Virus record (IMG/VR): IMGVR_UViG_3300022555_000029 | Length of the DNA: 30,059 nucleotides | From: an uncultured virus (IMG/VR IMGVR_UViG_3300022555_000029) | Lineage: Duplodnaviria > Heunggongvirae > Uroviricota > Caudoviricetes | Strand: one strand, 5' to 3' | Shown: piece by piece, positions 1 to 9,168 of the stretch | How the letters are laid out: the number at the start of each line of letters is the position of its first letter | Position numbering within the stretch: position 1 is the first letter of the stretch | Program-made: the position numbers and the translations under genes | The notes under the pieces: model-generated | What the model was told of the DNA's origin: nothing | Database searches by the model: none | Seen by the model: the letters and a program-made list of their open reading frames with translations, nothing else

Positions 1-1770
1 TTCAATCCTTACTTTGGTGAGGATGTTGATTTATGTATTAGAGCTAAGGTAGCAGGTTGGAAGATAGCAAATGTAGCTAATATGCCACTCTATCATAAAT
101 CGCATACTGAAGGAAATCCCACACCAAAGAATGCTCAAGTTATCTCACAGAAGAGTAACATACTCAGGGAGAGATATAATGAAAGTTCTTTTGGAAATTG
201 TCAATCTATTTGGGACGTATCCAAAGCTATCAATCATTATAATAGTGATGAGTTGGCTGATGCTCTTTTGGGTTATATTCCGAAAGAGGATTTAGTCATT
301 GACTTAGGATGCGGTAATGGCTATTACTGTAATTTCTTGGAAAAGAAGGGCTATACAGTAATAGCTGTAGAAGGCACTAAAGATATGAATAAGGTGTCTA
401 TTTACCACCCAATATTCAGGTGGAACCTTTCAAAAGATTTAGTGCTACCTAATCTGCCAGAGAATACTACTGTTATGTCCTTAGAGGTAGCGGAACATAT
501 TGACCCAGCATTTGAAAATGTGTTTATGAATAATATTACAAAACATGCGACAAGAGTGATAATGTCTTGGGCAGTTCCAGGTCAAGGTGGTGATGGGCAT
601 ATCAATGAAAGACCCAATCACTATGTAATAAATAGGATGAAGGAACGAGGGTTTTTACTTGATAAAAAAGCTACTGACGATTTCAGAACAGCTGTTGTAA
701 ATAGTAAACTCTGGTGGTTTAAGAATACTTTAATGGTTTTTGAAAAGGTGAGTGTAACGGTAGTAATCCCCACAAGAAATAGATACTTCACCACACTACC
801 ACAATGCATATTATCAGTTGCTAATCAAACTTTCAAACCAGAAAAAATTCTGATTTATGATGATGGTGAACAAAAAGACTTGAGGCAAGAGCCGATGTAT
901 AAGAACATCTTTTCTCTACTCGCTGCTAAAGAAATTCAATGGGCAGTAAATTTTGGAGTAAGAAAAGGTCAAGCTTACAGCCATCAGAAATCGATTGAAG
1001 ATGCAAAGACAACTTGGATATGGAGAATTGATGATGATAATATTGCTGAAGCACATGCTTTAGAGAGAATGGTAAGCAATATTGATTCTGATGTAGGTGC
1101 TATAGGTGGATTAGTTATAGACCCTAAATCAAATGGGTGGAGACCTACTTTAGCTTCTAATAAAATAGAAGACATTTATCTTGGGCAGAATATTCAATGG
1201 TATCGTCAAGATAAGCATGTTGAGGAAGTAGACCATTTGTATAGTACATTTATATTTAGGAAGGCAGCTGCAAAAGAAGGCTATGATTTACGAGCCCCTA
1301 TCCACAGAGAAGAAACAATCTTCACTTATCGTATTAAGAGGCAGGGTTGGCGTGTATTAGTAGACACTTCTGCTTTGACTTGGCACTTTAATGAGCAGAC
1401 TGGTGGTATTAGAGATGATAAGAGAGAAAAGATAATGGAATGTGAAAGAGTCTTCTCTGAGAATATGAAAGAGTGGGGAGTTACTGCCAGCCAGTATAAG
1501 TTCATAGTTCTGGATAATGGTTTAGGTGACCACCTAGTCTTCAAAAAGATACTACCAGAGATTAAAGCTAGGAATAAAGGTAAGAAGATAATTATAGCTG
1601 CTTGCTATAATGAAGTCTTTGAAGATGATAGAGATGTAAAGCTTATAAGTATAGGAGAAGCAAAAGGATTGTTCGGAAAGAACTACGATACCTTCAATAC
1701 GTATAAGTGGATGTGGGACCACAATTGGAATAAACCATTAGAAGAAGCTTTTGCTGAACAATATAGATAA
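1..1770 (+). CDS. Multidomain glycan-modifying enzyme, 5'-truncated by the window: GT2 C-terminal part + class I SAM methyltransferase + GT2 + N-terminal half of a GT9-like glycosyltransferase
   Basis: Frame +1 is open from base 1 (FNPYFGEDVDLCIRAKVAGW, the GT2 ED motif), so the ORF starts upstream of 82. It contains VIDLGCGNG and SLEVAEHI (methyltransferase); VTVVIPTRNR, WRIDDDN and HREET (GT2); and a C-terminal KFIVLDNGLGDHLVF (GT9 N-domain). Confidence 0.85.
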   Translation, partial: FNPYFGEDVDLCIRAKVAGWKIANVANMPLYHKSHTEGNPTPKNAQVISQKSNILRERYNESSFGNCQSIWDVSKAINHYNSDELADALLGYIPKEDLVIDLGCGNGYYCNFLEKKGYTVIAVEGTKDMNKVSIYHPIFRWNLSKDLVLPNLPENTTVMSLEVAEHIDPAFENVFMNNITKHATRVIMSWAVPGQGGDGHINERPNHYVINRMKERGFLLDKKATDDFRTAVVNSKLWWFKNTLMVFEKVSVTVVIPTRNRYFTTLPQCILSVANQTFKPEKILIYDDGEQKDLRQEPMYKNIFSLLAAKEIQWAVNFGVRKGQAYSHQKSIEDAKTTWIWRIDDDNIAEAHALERMVSNIDSDVGAIGGLVIDPKSNGWRPTLASNKIEDIYLGQNIQWYRQDKHVEEVDHLYSTFIFRKAAAKEGYDLRAPIHREETIFTYRIKRQGWRVLVDTSALTWHFNEQTGGIRDDKREKIMECERVFSENMKEWGVTASQYKFIVLDNGLGDHLVFKKILPEIKARNKGKKIIIAACYNEVFEDDRDVKLISIGEAKGLFGKNYDTFNTYKWMWDHNWNKPLEEAFAEQYR

Positions 1771-1785
1771 AGAGGAGAGATAAAG

Positions 1786-2244
1786 ATGAAGACAATTATA
1801 GTTAGCCCGTTCTCAAGAAAAATGCGTAGTGGTGTAACAAATAATCCTAAAGATTATCCAAAGTGGGTAGAGGTAATCAAAGGATTAAAGGAAGAAGGAT
1901 ATAAGGTAATTCAAGTAGGTGTAGTTGGGGAAGAATTACTAGGAGCAGATGAAGTAAGGTTTAATCTGCCACTAAAAGATTTATCCCAATTGATTAAAGA
2001 AAGTCACACTTGGATATCAATTGATAACTTCTTTCAGCATTTAGCTTATTTAATAGGTAAGAAGGGTGTAGTAATATTTGGGCAATCAGACCCAAACATA
2101 TTTGGGCATAAACAAAATATAAATCTGCTCAAGGATAGAAAGTATTTAAGAGAAAGACAGTTTCAAAACTGGGAAGCAGCAACATATAGGGCAGATGTAT
2201 TTGTAGAACCAGTTGATATTATCAACATAGTTAAAAGAATTTAA
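1786..2244 (+). CDS. GT9 (heptosyltransferase-like) C-terminal Rossmann domain as a stand-alone gene
   Basis: PKDYPKW...LPLKDLSQLIKESHTWISIDNFFQHLAYLIGKKGVVIFGQSDP fits the GT9 nucleotide-sugar-binding domain pattern. RBS GAGGAG upstream. Confidence 0.8.
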   Translation: MKTIIVSPFSRKMRSGVTNNPKDYPKWVEVIKGLKEEGYKVIQVGVVGEELLGADEVRFNLPLKDLSQLIKESHTWISIDNFFQHLAYLIGKKGVVIFGQSDPNIFGHKQNINLLKDRKYLRERQFQNWEAATYRADVFVEPVDIINIVKRI

Positions 2245-2258
2245 TAAGGAGGTAAGAG

Positions 2259-3587
2259 ATGGCAATTCAAAGGTATGCTGGTGATAGGATAACGTGTTTA
2301 TCCACGCCAGATGTAAAACCGTTGAATGTAGCCGATGGTGCATTCCTTGTAGAAACCGATACTGGAAAACTATTCCAAAAAGTAGGCGGTGCGTGGGAGC
2401 AGATTGAGGGCTACAGCGGAGCATCAGGTTATTCTGGTTTCTCTGGTATTAGCGGTTACTCAGGCGCTAGTGGAATAAGTGGATATTCAGGCGCTAGTGG
2501 CATAAGCGGATATTCAGGAGAAAGTGGAGAATCAGGTTATTCGGGAGAGAGTGGATATAGTGGTGCTTCAGCAGCTAGCGGATACTCAGGTGCTAGTGGC
2601 GAATCTGGATATTCAGGAGAATCAGGCGAAAGTGGGTATAGTGGAGTAAGTGGTGAGTCTGGATATTCAGGAGAAGCTGGTCCTGTAGGTCCTACTGGTG
2701 GTATCTCAATGCCGTATAATTATAATGATACGACATCAGCTCCACCTGCAACTGGTACTGTTCGTCTGAACCATGCTACACTTGCTTCTGCAACTGTGTT
2801 ATGGGCTAACGATACTGATTCTGGTTCTGTCAATGTCCAAATATTGTTAGACGACATATTACCTGGAGACCACGTTAGAATTCAGAAAGTAGGTGCACTA
2901 ACTAATTATGCTTACTATCACGTAGATTCAAATGTTGATAGTGGGGCATATCATACTATTGGTGTTACCTATGTAAGCGGTAGCGGTTCATTAACTACTG
3001 GTGATGCAATAGAGATGGTAGCTTCGCAAAGAGGTCCCGAAGGTGTAAGTGGATATTCAGGCGAATCTGGAATTTCTGGGTATAGTGGTGCATCAGGTGC
3101 TAGTGGAATAAGTGGCTATAGCGGAGCTTCAGGTATAAGCGGTTTCTCTGGTGCATCAGGTACTTCAGGGTTTAGTGGTGCCAGTGGGGAATCAGGTTAT
3201 AGTGGCGAATCGGGAGCATCTGGTTATTCAGGAGAAAGTGGTACCTCTGGTTACAGCGGTGCTAGTGGCGAGTCTGGGTATAGCGGTGCGTCTGGTACTT
3301 CTGGATACTCTGGTATGTCTGGTGCTGGTGTTCAGTACTGGGACAGAGGGGATGCTGTAGGATACAGTGGGGCAGCTAAAAGAATGACTCCTACAAACAC
3401 AGGAGATTTAGTTGACCTAGACGTTTCACCTTTACAGCAGGCGGTTCAGACAGCTCCAGGAACACCCGCAGCAGACGCAATGAGAATGTATGTAGTCGCT
3501 ACTGGAACAACTCCGAATAGGATTGTTAAGTGGTGTATTAAAGATGAAACTGGTAATGAAATAGTGGTAACAAGCGTTGTAGTATAA
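2259..3587 (+). CDS. Collagen-like (Gly-X-Ser)n fibre protein, probably on the virion surface
   Basis: Two runs of 32 triplets are separated by a globular domain of about 110 aa. The N-terminal ~48 aa resemble those of 3682..5235. RBS AAGGAGG. Confidence 0.8.
   Translation: MAIQRYAGDRITCLSTPDVKPLNVADGAFLVETDTGKLFQKVGGAWEQIEGYSGASGYSGFSGISGYSGASGISGYSGASGISGYSGESGESGYSGESGYSGASAASGYSGASGESGYSGESGESGYSGVSGESGYSGEAGPVGPTGGISMPYNYNDTTSAPPATGTVRLNHATLASATVLWANDTDSGSVNVQILLDDILPGDHVRIQKVGALTNYAYYHVDSNVDSGAYHTIGVTYVSGSGSLTTGDAIEMVASQRGPEGVSGYSGESGISGYSGASGASGISGYSGASGISGFSGASGTSGFSGASGESGYSGESGASGYSGESGTSGYSGASGESGYSGASGTSGYSGMSGAGVQYWDRGDAVGYSGAAKRMTPTNTGDLVDLDVSPLQQAVQTAPGTPAADAMRMYVVATGTTPNRIVKWCIKDETGNEIVVTSVVV
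2409..2696 (+). repeat. Gly-X-Ser triplet repeat, block 1 (32 triplets, one Gly->Ala interruption, ends GEA-GPV-GPT)
   Basis: Counted from the translation. It has a 9-nt period with mixed Ser codons (TCA/TCT/AGT/AGC). Confidence 0.95.
3033..3320 (+). repeat. Gly-X-Ser triplet repeat, block 2 (32 triplets, begins GPE)
   Basis: Counted from the translation. Confidence 0.95.
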
Positions 3588-3593
3588 CAAAAT

Positions 3594-3640
3594 GCTGGGG
3601 GTAGGTAGTTTCCCTCTATCTACCCTTAGCCGTCTTTATA
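3594..3640 (+). terminator. Stem-loop after the collagen-like gene (weak terminator or stabilising hairpin)
   Basis: GCTGGGGGTAGGTAG pairs with CTATCTACCCTTAGC (15 bp including G-U). Only a short TCTTT follows. Confidence 0.6.
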
Positions 3641-3681
3641 ATTTAAGCAACTTTAATGTAGTAAACTAAGGGGATTAAAAA

Positions 3682-5235
3682 ATGTCAATCCAATACTTTG
3701 TAGGAAACAAATTAGTAGGTCTTTCAAGTGATAGTAAGCCGACGACTCTTATAGATGGTGCTACTTTCTATGAAATAGATACAGGAAACAGTTATGTCCT
3801 GTCTAGTAGTATCTGGATTCCGATTGGTATGGCTAGGGATGGTTCAGTTAATCCTGTTAATATTACATTTAATGGTAGCTTTGAAGATTGGTCTAATGGT
3901 CCTACTGACCCTCCTGATTATTGGTTTTTCTATACTAATAAGGCTTCTGGTGCTGTAGCCAGAGACGGAGGAGTATTTAGGTTCGGTTCATACTCAACCA
4001 AATTAACCCTAGGAGAAGATGGGGATTGCCTAATTGCTATTAACTATGAAACTGATATAGCTTATTGGCAAGGTAGGAAGATGACATTTGGTTGTTGGGT
4101 CTGGTGTGATGTGGCAGACTCTGCTGTATTAGGTATTTACGACCAAGTATCAGGGTCTGAATCTTCAAGACATACTGGCAGTGGAACCTGGGAATGGCTA
4201 TCATTTACTTATACTGTAAATGTAGCAGCTACTAGATTAGATTTCTACTGCAACATTTATAAGACTGGCTCTGCTTATTTTGATGGAGCTATGATAGTTG
4301 AAGGAGGAAGTCAATTTGCTTTCTCTGAAAGACCTATGTATCAAGCAGATATTGATACAGCTGTTGGCAATAAGGTTCTAGGCGATGGTTCAGTTAATCC
4401 TACTAATTTAGTGCTTAATGGTGACTTTGAAAATTGGTCTGCTGGAACATCAGTTGCACCTGATTCTTGGAGTTTGTTTGCTAATGACCCTCCAGGCAGT
4501 GTTGCTAAAAATATTTCTGTAGTTAAGATAGGGACTTCTTCAGTAGCTGTAACTTCTGCTGGAGTTCATACTGCTTTGGGACAGGGGATTTCTGCTGAAA
4601 AAGGCACCGCTTACTGGCAAGGAAGAACACTAACTTTTAGTTGTTGGGTATGGTGTAATGCTCCTGGTGTAGCTGGATTGATGCTTAATGATGATACCAC
4701 AGATTTCTGGTCAACTAAACACACAGGGGATTCTACTTGGCAATTATTAACAGTAACTGGTGCTATGGGACCTGCTGCTACAGGAGTACAAGTACAATTA
4801 GCGGTAGGGGAAGGTGCAATTGCTTATTTTGATGGTGCAATGCTAGTGGAAGGTGCATCTACTTTTGCATTTGCAGATAAGCCAGCATCCGAAGCAACCG
4901 TAGTTGATTACTTTGCAACTTCTACTATAGTTGGATGGGCAGCAAGCCCGACTGGAAATATCTACATTAAGAAAATAGGGGATATTGTTTTTGTTAATTA
5001 TTACATAACTGGTACAAGTAATGCAGCCACAACTTCATTTACTGTTCCATATACGATAAGTGGAAATGCTTATAATGGTTCATTAAATACAACTGCAGGA
5101 GGGGGTATCGGTATTTGTATTGCTGGTAATGGAACAAGTATCATCAGTTTTCCTGGACCAGCTTGGGGAGATACTACTTGGGCAGATACAGGAACTAAAA
5201 TAGTACAAGGACAGATTTTCTTTAAAGTTGTATAA
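3682..5235 (+). CDS. Virion surface protein with two tandem carbohydrate-binding-like (CBM4/9-type) domains
   Basis: Internal 182-aa duplication: NGxFExWS, AYWQGRxxTFxCWVWC, HTGxxTW, AYFDGAMxVEG. An identical 18-mer GATGGTTCAGTTAATCCT lies at 3838 and 4384. Confidence 0.7.
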   Translation: MSIQYFVGNKLVGLSSDSKPTTLIDGATFYEIDTGNSYVLSSSIWIPIGMARDGSVNPVNITFNGSFEDWSNGPTDPPDYWFFYTNKASGAVARDGGVFRFGSYSTKLTLGEDGDCLIAINYETDIAYWQGRKMTFGCWVWCDVADSAVLGIYDQVSGSESSRHTGSGTWEWLSFTYTVNVAATRLDFYCNIYKTGSAYFDGAMIVEGGSQFAFSERPMYQADIDTAVGNKVLGDGSVNPTNLVLNGDFENWSAGTSVAPDSWSLFANDPPGSVAKNISVVKIGTSSVAVTSAGVHTALGQGISAEKGTAYWQGRTLTFSCWVWCNAPGVAGLMLNDDTTDFWSTKHTGDSTWQLLTVTGAMGPAATGVQVQLAVGEGAIAYFDGAMLVEGASTFAFADKPASEATVVDYFATSTIVGWAASPTGNIYIKKIGDIVFVNYYITGTSNAATTSFTVPYTISGNAYNGSLNTTAGGGIGICIAGNGTSIISFPGPAWGDTTWADTGTKIVQGQIFFKVV

Positions 5236-5247
5236 GGAGATTAAGTT

Positions 5248-5685
5248 ATGTTAGAATTAATTAATGCCGTTAGTAAGAGGTTAGATTCAGTCCAGGAGCT
5301 ATTGTCTCTTGGCGAAATTACTAGGTTGTCTAACACAACTTTGAAATCAAAAGATGCTATTCTAACTACTATCTTTGATAAAGATGACTGTCTTGCTGGT
5401 CACGCTATCTATGAAAAGATAGGTGATTCTACTCCATTCCATAGGCACGAAGGTGTTACGCAATATCTCTTGCAGTACAAGGGCAAGATTGCAGTTGATT
5501 TTGAGAATGGTTCTTATCGGGTCGTTGATGTTGGTGGCTGTGTAAAGTTAGAACCAGGTGAGTTACATAGAGTTACTGGATTAACTGAAGGTGCCGAGCA
5601 ATTATTCATCTGTATACCCGCAGAGAAAGGGTACAAAATTGATAAAAACCAGCTATTGAATGAACAAACGGAAATAAAACTATGA
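5248..5685 (+). CDS. Cupin-domain protein
   Basis: TPFHRHEGVTQYLLQYKG...GGCVKLEPGELHRV matches cupin motifs 1 and 2. RBS AAGGAG. Confidence 0.8.
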   Translation: MLELINAVSKRLDSVQELLSLGEITRLSNTTLKSKDAILTTIFDKDDCLAGHAIYEKIGDSTPFHRHEGVTQYLLQYKGKIAVDFENGSYRVVDVGGCVKLEPGELHRVTGLTEGAEQLFICIPAEKGYKIDKNQLLNEQTEIKL

Positions 5686-6056
5686 GTGAGATTACTAAGG
5701 AAGAGTTATTAGCAATGATTGATGTACAGGCTAAAGCTGCTACGGCTATGGAGAGTATTGCAAATTCCAATAGGCAGATTAGTGAGCAGAATAAAGAGAC
5801 TGTTAAGAATCAAGCCGAATTAATTAAAACATTATCTGATGAGAGAGAAAAATGTACTGCTAACATTTGTATTGTACTTGAAAAGGGATTAAAAGCAGCT
5901 CTTACCGCAGCAAGTCCTAATACTACGGTTATTGATACGATTGCTAAGGATACGTCCTGGATTAAGGTTATATTTGGTTCAATTGCTTTTATAGTAGCTA
6001 TAGTTGGTGGCATAATGGCTTTTACACACCACTTAGCTACCTTGGGGGTTAAATAA
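5682..6056 (+). CDS. Coiled-coil protein with a C-terminal transmembrane helix
   Basis: ATGA overlap with the previous gene. Hydrophobic segment WIKVIFGSIAFIVAIVGGIMAF. Confidence 0.7.
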   Translation: MSEITKEELLAMIDVQAKAATAMESIANSNRQISEQNKETVKNQAELIKTLSDEREKCTANICIVLEKGLKAALTAASPNTTVIDTIAKDTSWIKVIFGSIAFIVAIVGGIMAFTHHLATLGVK

Positions 6057-6433
6057 TGCACATCATAGGAGGAACTGTGGCTGGACTAAGTACGGTTCAA
6101 GACTTGACACCTGTATATCTAAAGACTACAGGGGTGTTAACTGGAGTAGAAACTGTTATAAACAACTACACAGTACCAGCTTCCAAGACTTTTCACTTAC
6201 AAAGCGTTATTGCTTCTGGTTCTTCTGATGGTGAATTTAAGTTGTATATTAATGGAGTTCAGAAGTTATATGGTAGAACTTCTTCTTCTGAAAGAGAAAG
6301 CCAGAGAGTATTTGGCGGTGCGGTAGGTATTAAGTGTGTAGCTGGCGATGCTATAGTATTAAAAGTAACTCATTACGAAACTACAGCTCAAGAGTTTGAG
6401 TCTACCTTGGCTGGGTTTCTTAACGTAGTATAA
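6056..6433 (+). CDS. Hypothetical small beta-rich protein, probably structural
   Basis: TAATG coupling, beta-strand-like composition and position in the late operon. Confidence 0.65.
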   Translation: MHIIGGTVAGLSTVQDLTPVYLKTTGVLTGVETVINNYTVPASKTFHLQSVIASGSSDGEFKLYINGVQKLYGRTSSSERESQRVFGGAVGIKCVAGDAIVLKVTHYETTAQEFESTLAGFLNVV

Positions 6434-6443
6434 GGAGAAATAA

Positions 6444-6767
6444 ATGTCTGATTACAAATCTCCATTACCAGTAAAGACTAATCCAGGTGATACAGTAGCT
6501 GCTGAAGTTACAGGTGTATCTACTGGTGACTTTTCTCCGCAAGGAGATAGTGACTTAGCTCTAGGCGAGAAAGCACCTTTAAAGCTTGATGGGGCTGGAA
6601 ACTTAATTACTCGTAGTACTGTGCTTACTGATGAAGGAGCAAACTTTAATGGTTGTGTTTGTCCATATACCGCAGAAGAACCATTGCTTGTGATAGTTGA
6701 TGATGGTATTACATCAGAGCAAGATGCTTTGATAGATACATTAGTGGCAAATGAGCCGTCAATATAA
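6444..6767 (+). CDS. Hypothetical acidic protein
   Basis: RBS AAGGAG and tight packing with neighbours. Confidence 0.6.
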   Translation: MSDYKSPLPVKTNPGDTVAAEVTGVSTGDFSPQGDSDLALGEKAPLKLDGAGNLITRSTVLTDEGANFNGCVCPYTAEEPLLVIVDDGITSEQDALIDTLVANEPSI

Positions 6768-6777
6768 GGAGTAATCT

Positions 6778-7905
6778 ATGCAACAGTTTACCGTTGGTTC
6801 AACAGCAACTTTTTATTGTACATTTGCGAGATTAGATGGAAGTGCTGTAGACCCAGTAACGCCTACAGTTGAAGTATGGCTGAGTGATTCTTTGATAGTA
6901 TCGGCTGTGCCAATGGTAAAGATATCTGTAGGTTACTACTACGCTACATGGACTGTGCCAGGTGCCCAGCCTACTGGAACTTATTCTGCTCTTTATAAAG
7001 GTACAATTGATGGAATAGTTTGTCAAGCCTCAGAAGATTTTGAATTAACTGTTGCTGGTGGTGGGGTAATGCCCATCTCAGGTTACTATTGTACATGGGA
7101 TGATGTGAAGGCTTGTCTATTAGGTTTAGATATAGGTGACATACCAGATACTTTACAGACTAGGATGACTTCATTTTACATACCTACTTTGAAAAGGGAG
7201 ATTGACCAATATTGTAGACAGAACTTTGACAAAACGACTATAACAGAATTTTATAATGGTTCAACTACAGAAGTAATTGCTGGCTTAAGAAGGCCTATTA
7301 AAAATCTTTTCTATTGTGTACTCAGAGTTATACCTTCAATTTCTTGGTATACTTTTAGAAGATGGCGTAATATTAATGTAATTGAATCTACAGGAGTAAC
7401 TGTAGCCTATCAAGGTGGACCTGAACCTGATGATGAAACGATACAACCACCGTATCCAGATTTAGATGGATATTCAGGAACAAGTGGATTTAGTGGTGTT
7501 GGTTATACGTGGGAAAGTGATATTACTAAAGCAGATTTATTTGTAGATTGTTCAAATGGAATTTTAACTATACCTCCAAGAATACTTTATTTGGAGATGC
7601 AAGCAATTCCTTTTTGGAACTATACATTCTTAAGAGGCAACAACAATGTAGAAATTCAATATGAGTATGGTTATGAAGATAATAACTTTCCTAATGACCT
7701 ACGCTTAGCTGCTGCAAAATTAGTAGCGTGCCAAGTACTTTTAATCAAGAGCATCATTCAATCAGGTGGCGGTACTAATTCAATAGCAATAGATGGAGTA
7801 TCGAGAAGCTTTGGTGGAGGAACTCCTTATTCTGCTTTGATTACTGATTTTAGAACACAGGCTTATGCAACTTTAGATAGGTATAGAAGGATAAAGGTAA
7901 GCTAA
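6778..7905 (+). CDS. Head-tail adaptor/connector with an N-terminal Ig-like domain
   Basis: YCTWDDVK...REIDQYCRQNF...EFYNGS and VEIQYEYGY...PNDLRLAAAKLVA are typical of gp6/gp15-like adaptors. It is the first gene of the neck module. Confidence 0.7.
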   Translation: MQQFTVGSTATFYCTFARLDGSAVDPVTPTVEVWLSDSLIVSAVPMVKISVGYYYATWTVPGAQPTGTYSALYKGTIDGIVCQASEDFELTVAGGGVMPISGYYCTWDDVKACLLGLDIGDIPDTLQTRMTSFYIPTLKREIDQYCRQNFDKTTITEFYNGSTTEVIAGLRRPIKNLFYCVLRVIPSISWYTFRRWRNINVIESTGVTVAYQGGPEPDDETIQPPYPDLDGYSGTSGFSGVGYTWESDITKADLFVDCSNGILTIPPRILYLEMQAIPFWNYTFLRGNNNVEIQYEYGYEDNNFPNDLRLAAAKLVACQVLLIKSIIQSGGGTNSIAIDGVSRSFGGGTPYSALITDFRTQAYATLDRYRRIKVS

Positions 7906-8159
7906 TGACATTAGTTGATAAAATAGATTTTCAGGGCGATGATTTACTTATACATTATCATATCAAGGGTGATAGTGATAAGCAAATAAGAAGTCGTGTA
8001 ATGATTATCAATTGGCGTGAAAATACTGACCTACAGGACCTTCTTAAAAAGATGTTTAAGATGGTAGTTAATAAGTATATGAATGAAGATGAAATCAAGA
8101 TAGACTGGGAAAGATTCTTTGCAGATTTTAAGGCATACGAAGAAAGGTATAAAAAATGA
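7905..8159 (+). CDS. Hypothetical protein
   Basis: Translationally coupled at both ends (TAATG, ATGA). Confidence 0.65.
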   Translation: MTLVDKIDFQGDDLLIHYHIKGDSDKQIRSRVMIINWRENTDLQDLLKKMFKMVVNKYMNEDEIKIDWERFFADFKAYEERYKK

Positions 8160-8761
8160 CCATTGCTGACCTTTTAGTTATATTAAAGGAAAGACTTAGC
8201 AAGTTTACTTGCTCTGTTGTAGATGAGGACTTAACTCCACATACTGTAGCTTATACACGTTATGATTCTACAAGTAAAAATTGGGTTGCCTATCCGCCTG
8301 AAAGAATAAGAGTAATTGGTACTGGAGGAACAGAAACATATATCTATCCTACAGATTATACAGTTGATAGAACAGAAGGCTATATTGTTTTTACTGTAGC
8401 AAGAGGGGCTACTGATATTGTCAGGGCTGATTACAGTAAGGCACCTTTCACGGATGCTGACCTTACTTCTATTCTTAATTCAGCATTGAAGCAAGTGAGG
8501 GTGCTCTGTTTTCATACTATTGATGCTAGTAGTTTTAGTGAAAACTATTCAGAAGCAATAATCAAAAAAGCCTTTACTATTGCTTTAAGGGAGTTGCAGT
8601 TCCCTACAACAAAATACTTTGCTTTGAGTATGGGTGGGAGGTCGATTGATAAGAGTAGTCAAGTCACACAGATTGAAGCATTGATTACTAGTAATGAAGC
8701 TGATTTGCTTAAGGACATTAATGCAATTAGGTACTTTGATAGGACAAACATTATAACCTAA
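8156..8761 (+). CDS. Neck protein, possibly a second adaptor-like protein
   Basis: DYTVDRTEGYIVF beta module followed by helical FTDADLTSIL, plus synteny. Confidence 0.5.
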   Translation: MTIADLLVILKERLSKFTCSVVDEDLTPHTVAYTRYDSTSKNWVAYPPERIRVIGTGGTETYIYPTDYTVDRTEGYIVFTVARGATDIVRADYSKAPFTDADLTSILNSALKQVRVLCFHTIDASSFSENYSEAIIKKAFTIALRELQFPTTKYFALSMGGRSIDKSSQVTQIEALITSNEADLLKDINAIRYFDRTNIIT

Positions 8762-9168
8762 TGGACGATTGTAATATTTTCGATAACTGTGATTCAGGAG
8801 TAGTAAAAGAATACCTTAAGGCTGGTAAAGGTGTTATGGAAGAGCCAATTACTCTTAAACTTTATCAATCTACTTCTGCTGGTGACCCGACTAAAGGTAT
8901 AGCTAAAACTTTTGTATATATTCAAGAAATTACTACAGCAGTTATTAGCGGAATAGAGCAAACAGATATAGTATATTCAGGTGGTATTTATCAGATTGGG
9001 GATATCAAAGTTCAGCTTAGGCGATTGCTTAAAGAGATAGATGATAAAACACAATGCCCAGGTGATAGGCTCATATGGCGTAATGATGAATATAGACCAG
9101 TAGGCAAAATATCTACTAACTACTTAGCTAATTACGTGCTTTACGATTATGTATTCAGGAGGATTTAG
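8761..9168 (+). CDS. Head closure/stopper protein (putative)
   Basis: Size, the GGIYQIGDIKV and GDRLIWRNDEYR pattern, and position before the gp10-like gene. Confidence 0.6.
   Translation: MDDCNIFDNCDSGVVKEYLKAGKGVMEEPITLKLYQSTSAGDPTKGIAKTFVYIQEITTAVISGIEQTDIVYSGGIYQIGDIKVQLRRLLKEIDDKTQCPGDRLIWRNDEYRPVGKISTNYLANYVLYDYVFRRI

Noticed and set aside
179..295. Overlapping 38-aa hydrophobic ORF (MKVLLEIV...) with GGGAGAG upstream
   Set aside because: It lies wholly inside the GT/MTase gene, and shifted frames of AT-rich genes often look hydrophobic. There is no independent support.
2409..3320. CRISPR array or DNA satellite
   Set aside because: The periodicity is 9 nt, coding and synonymously diverged, with no repeat-spacer structure.
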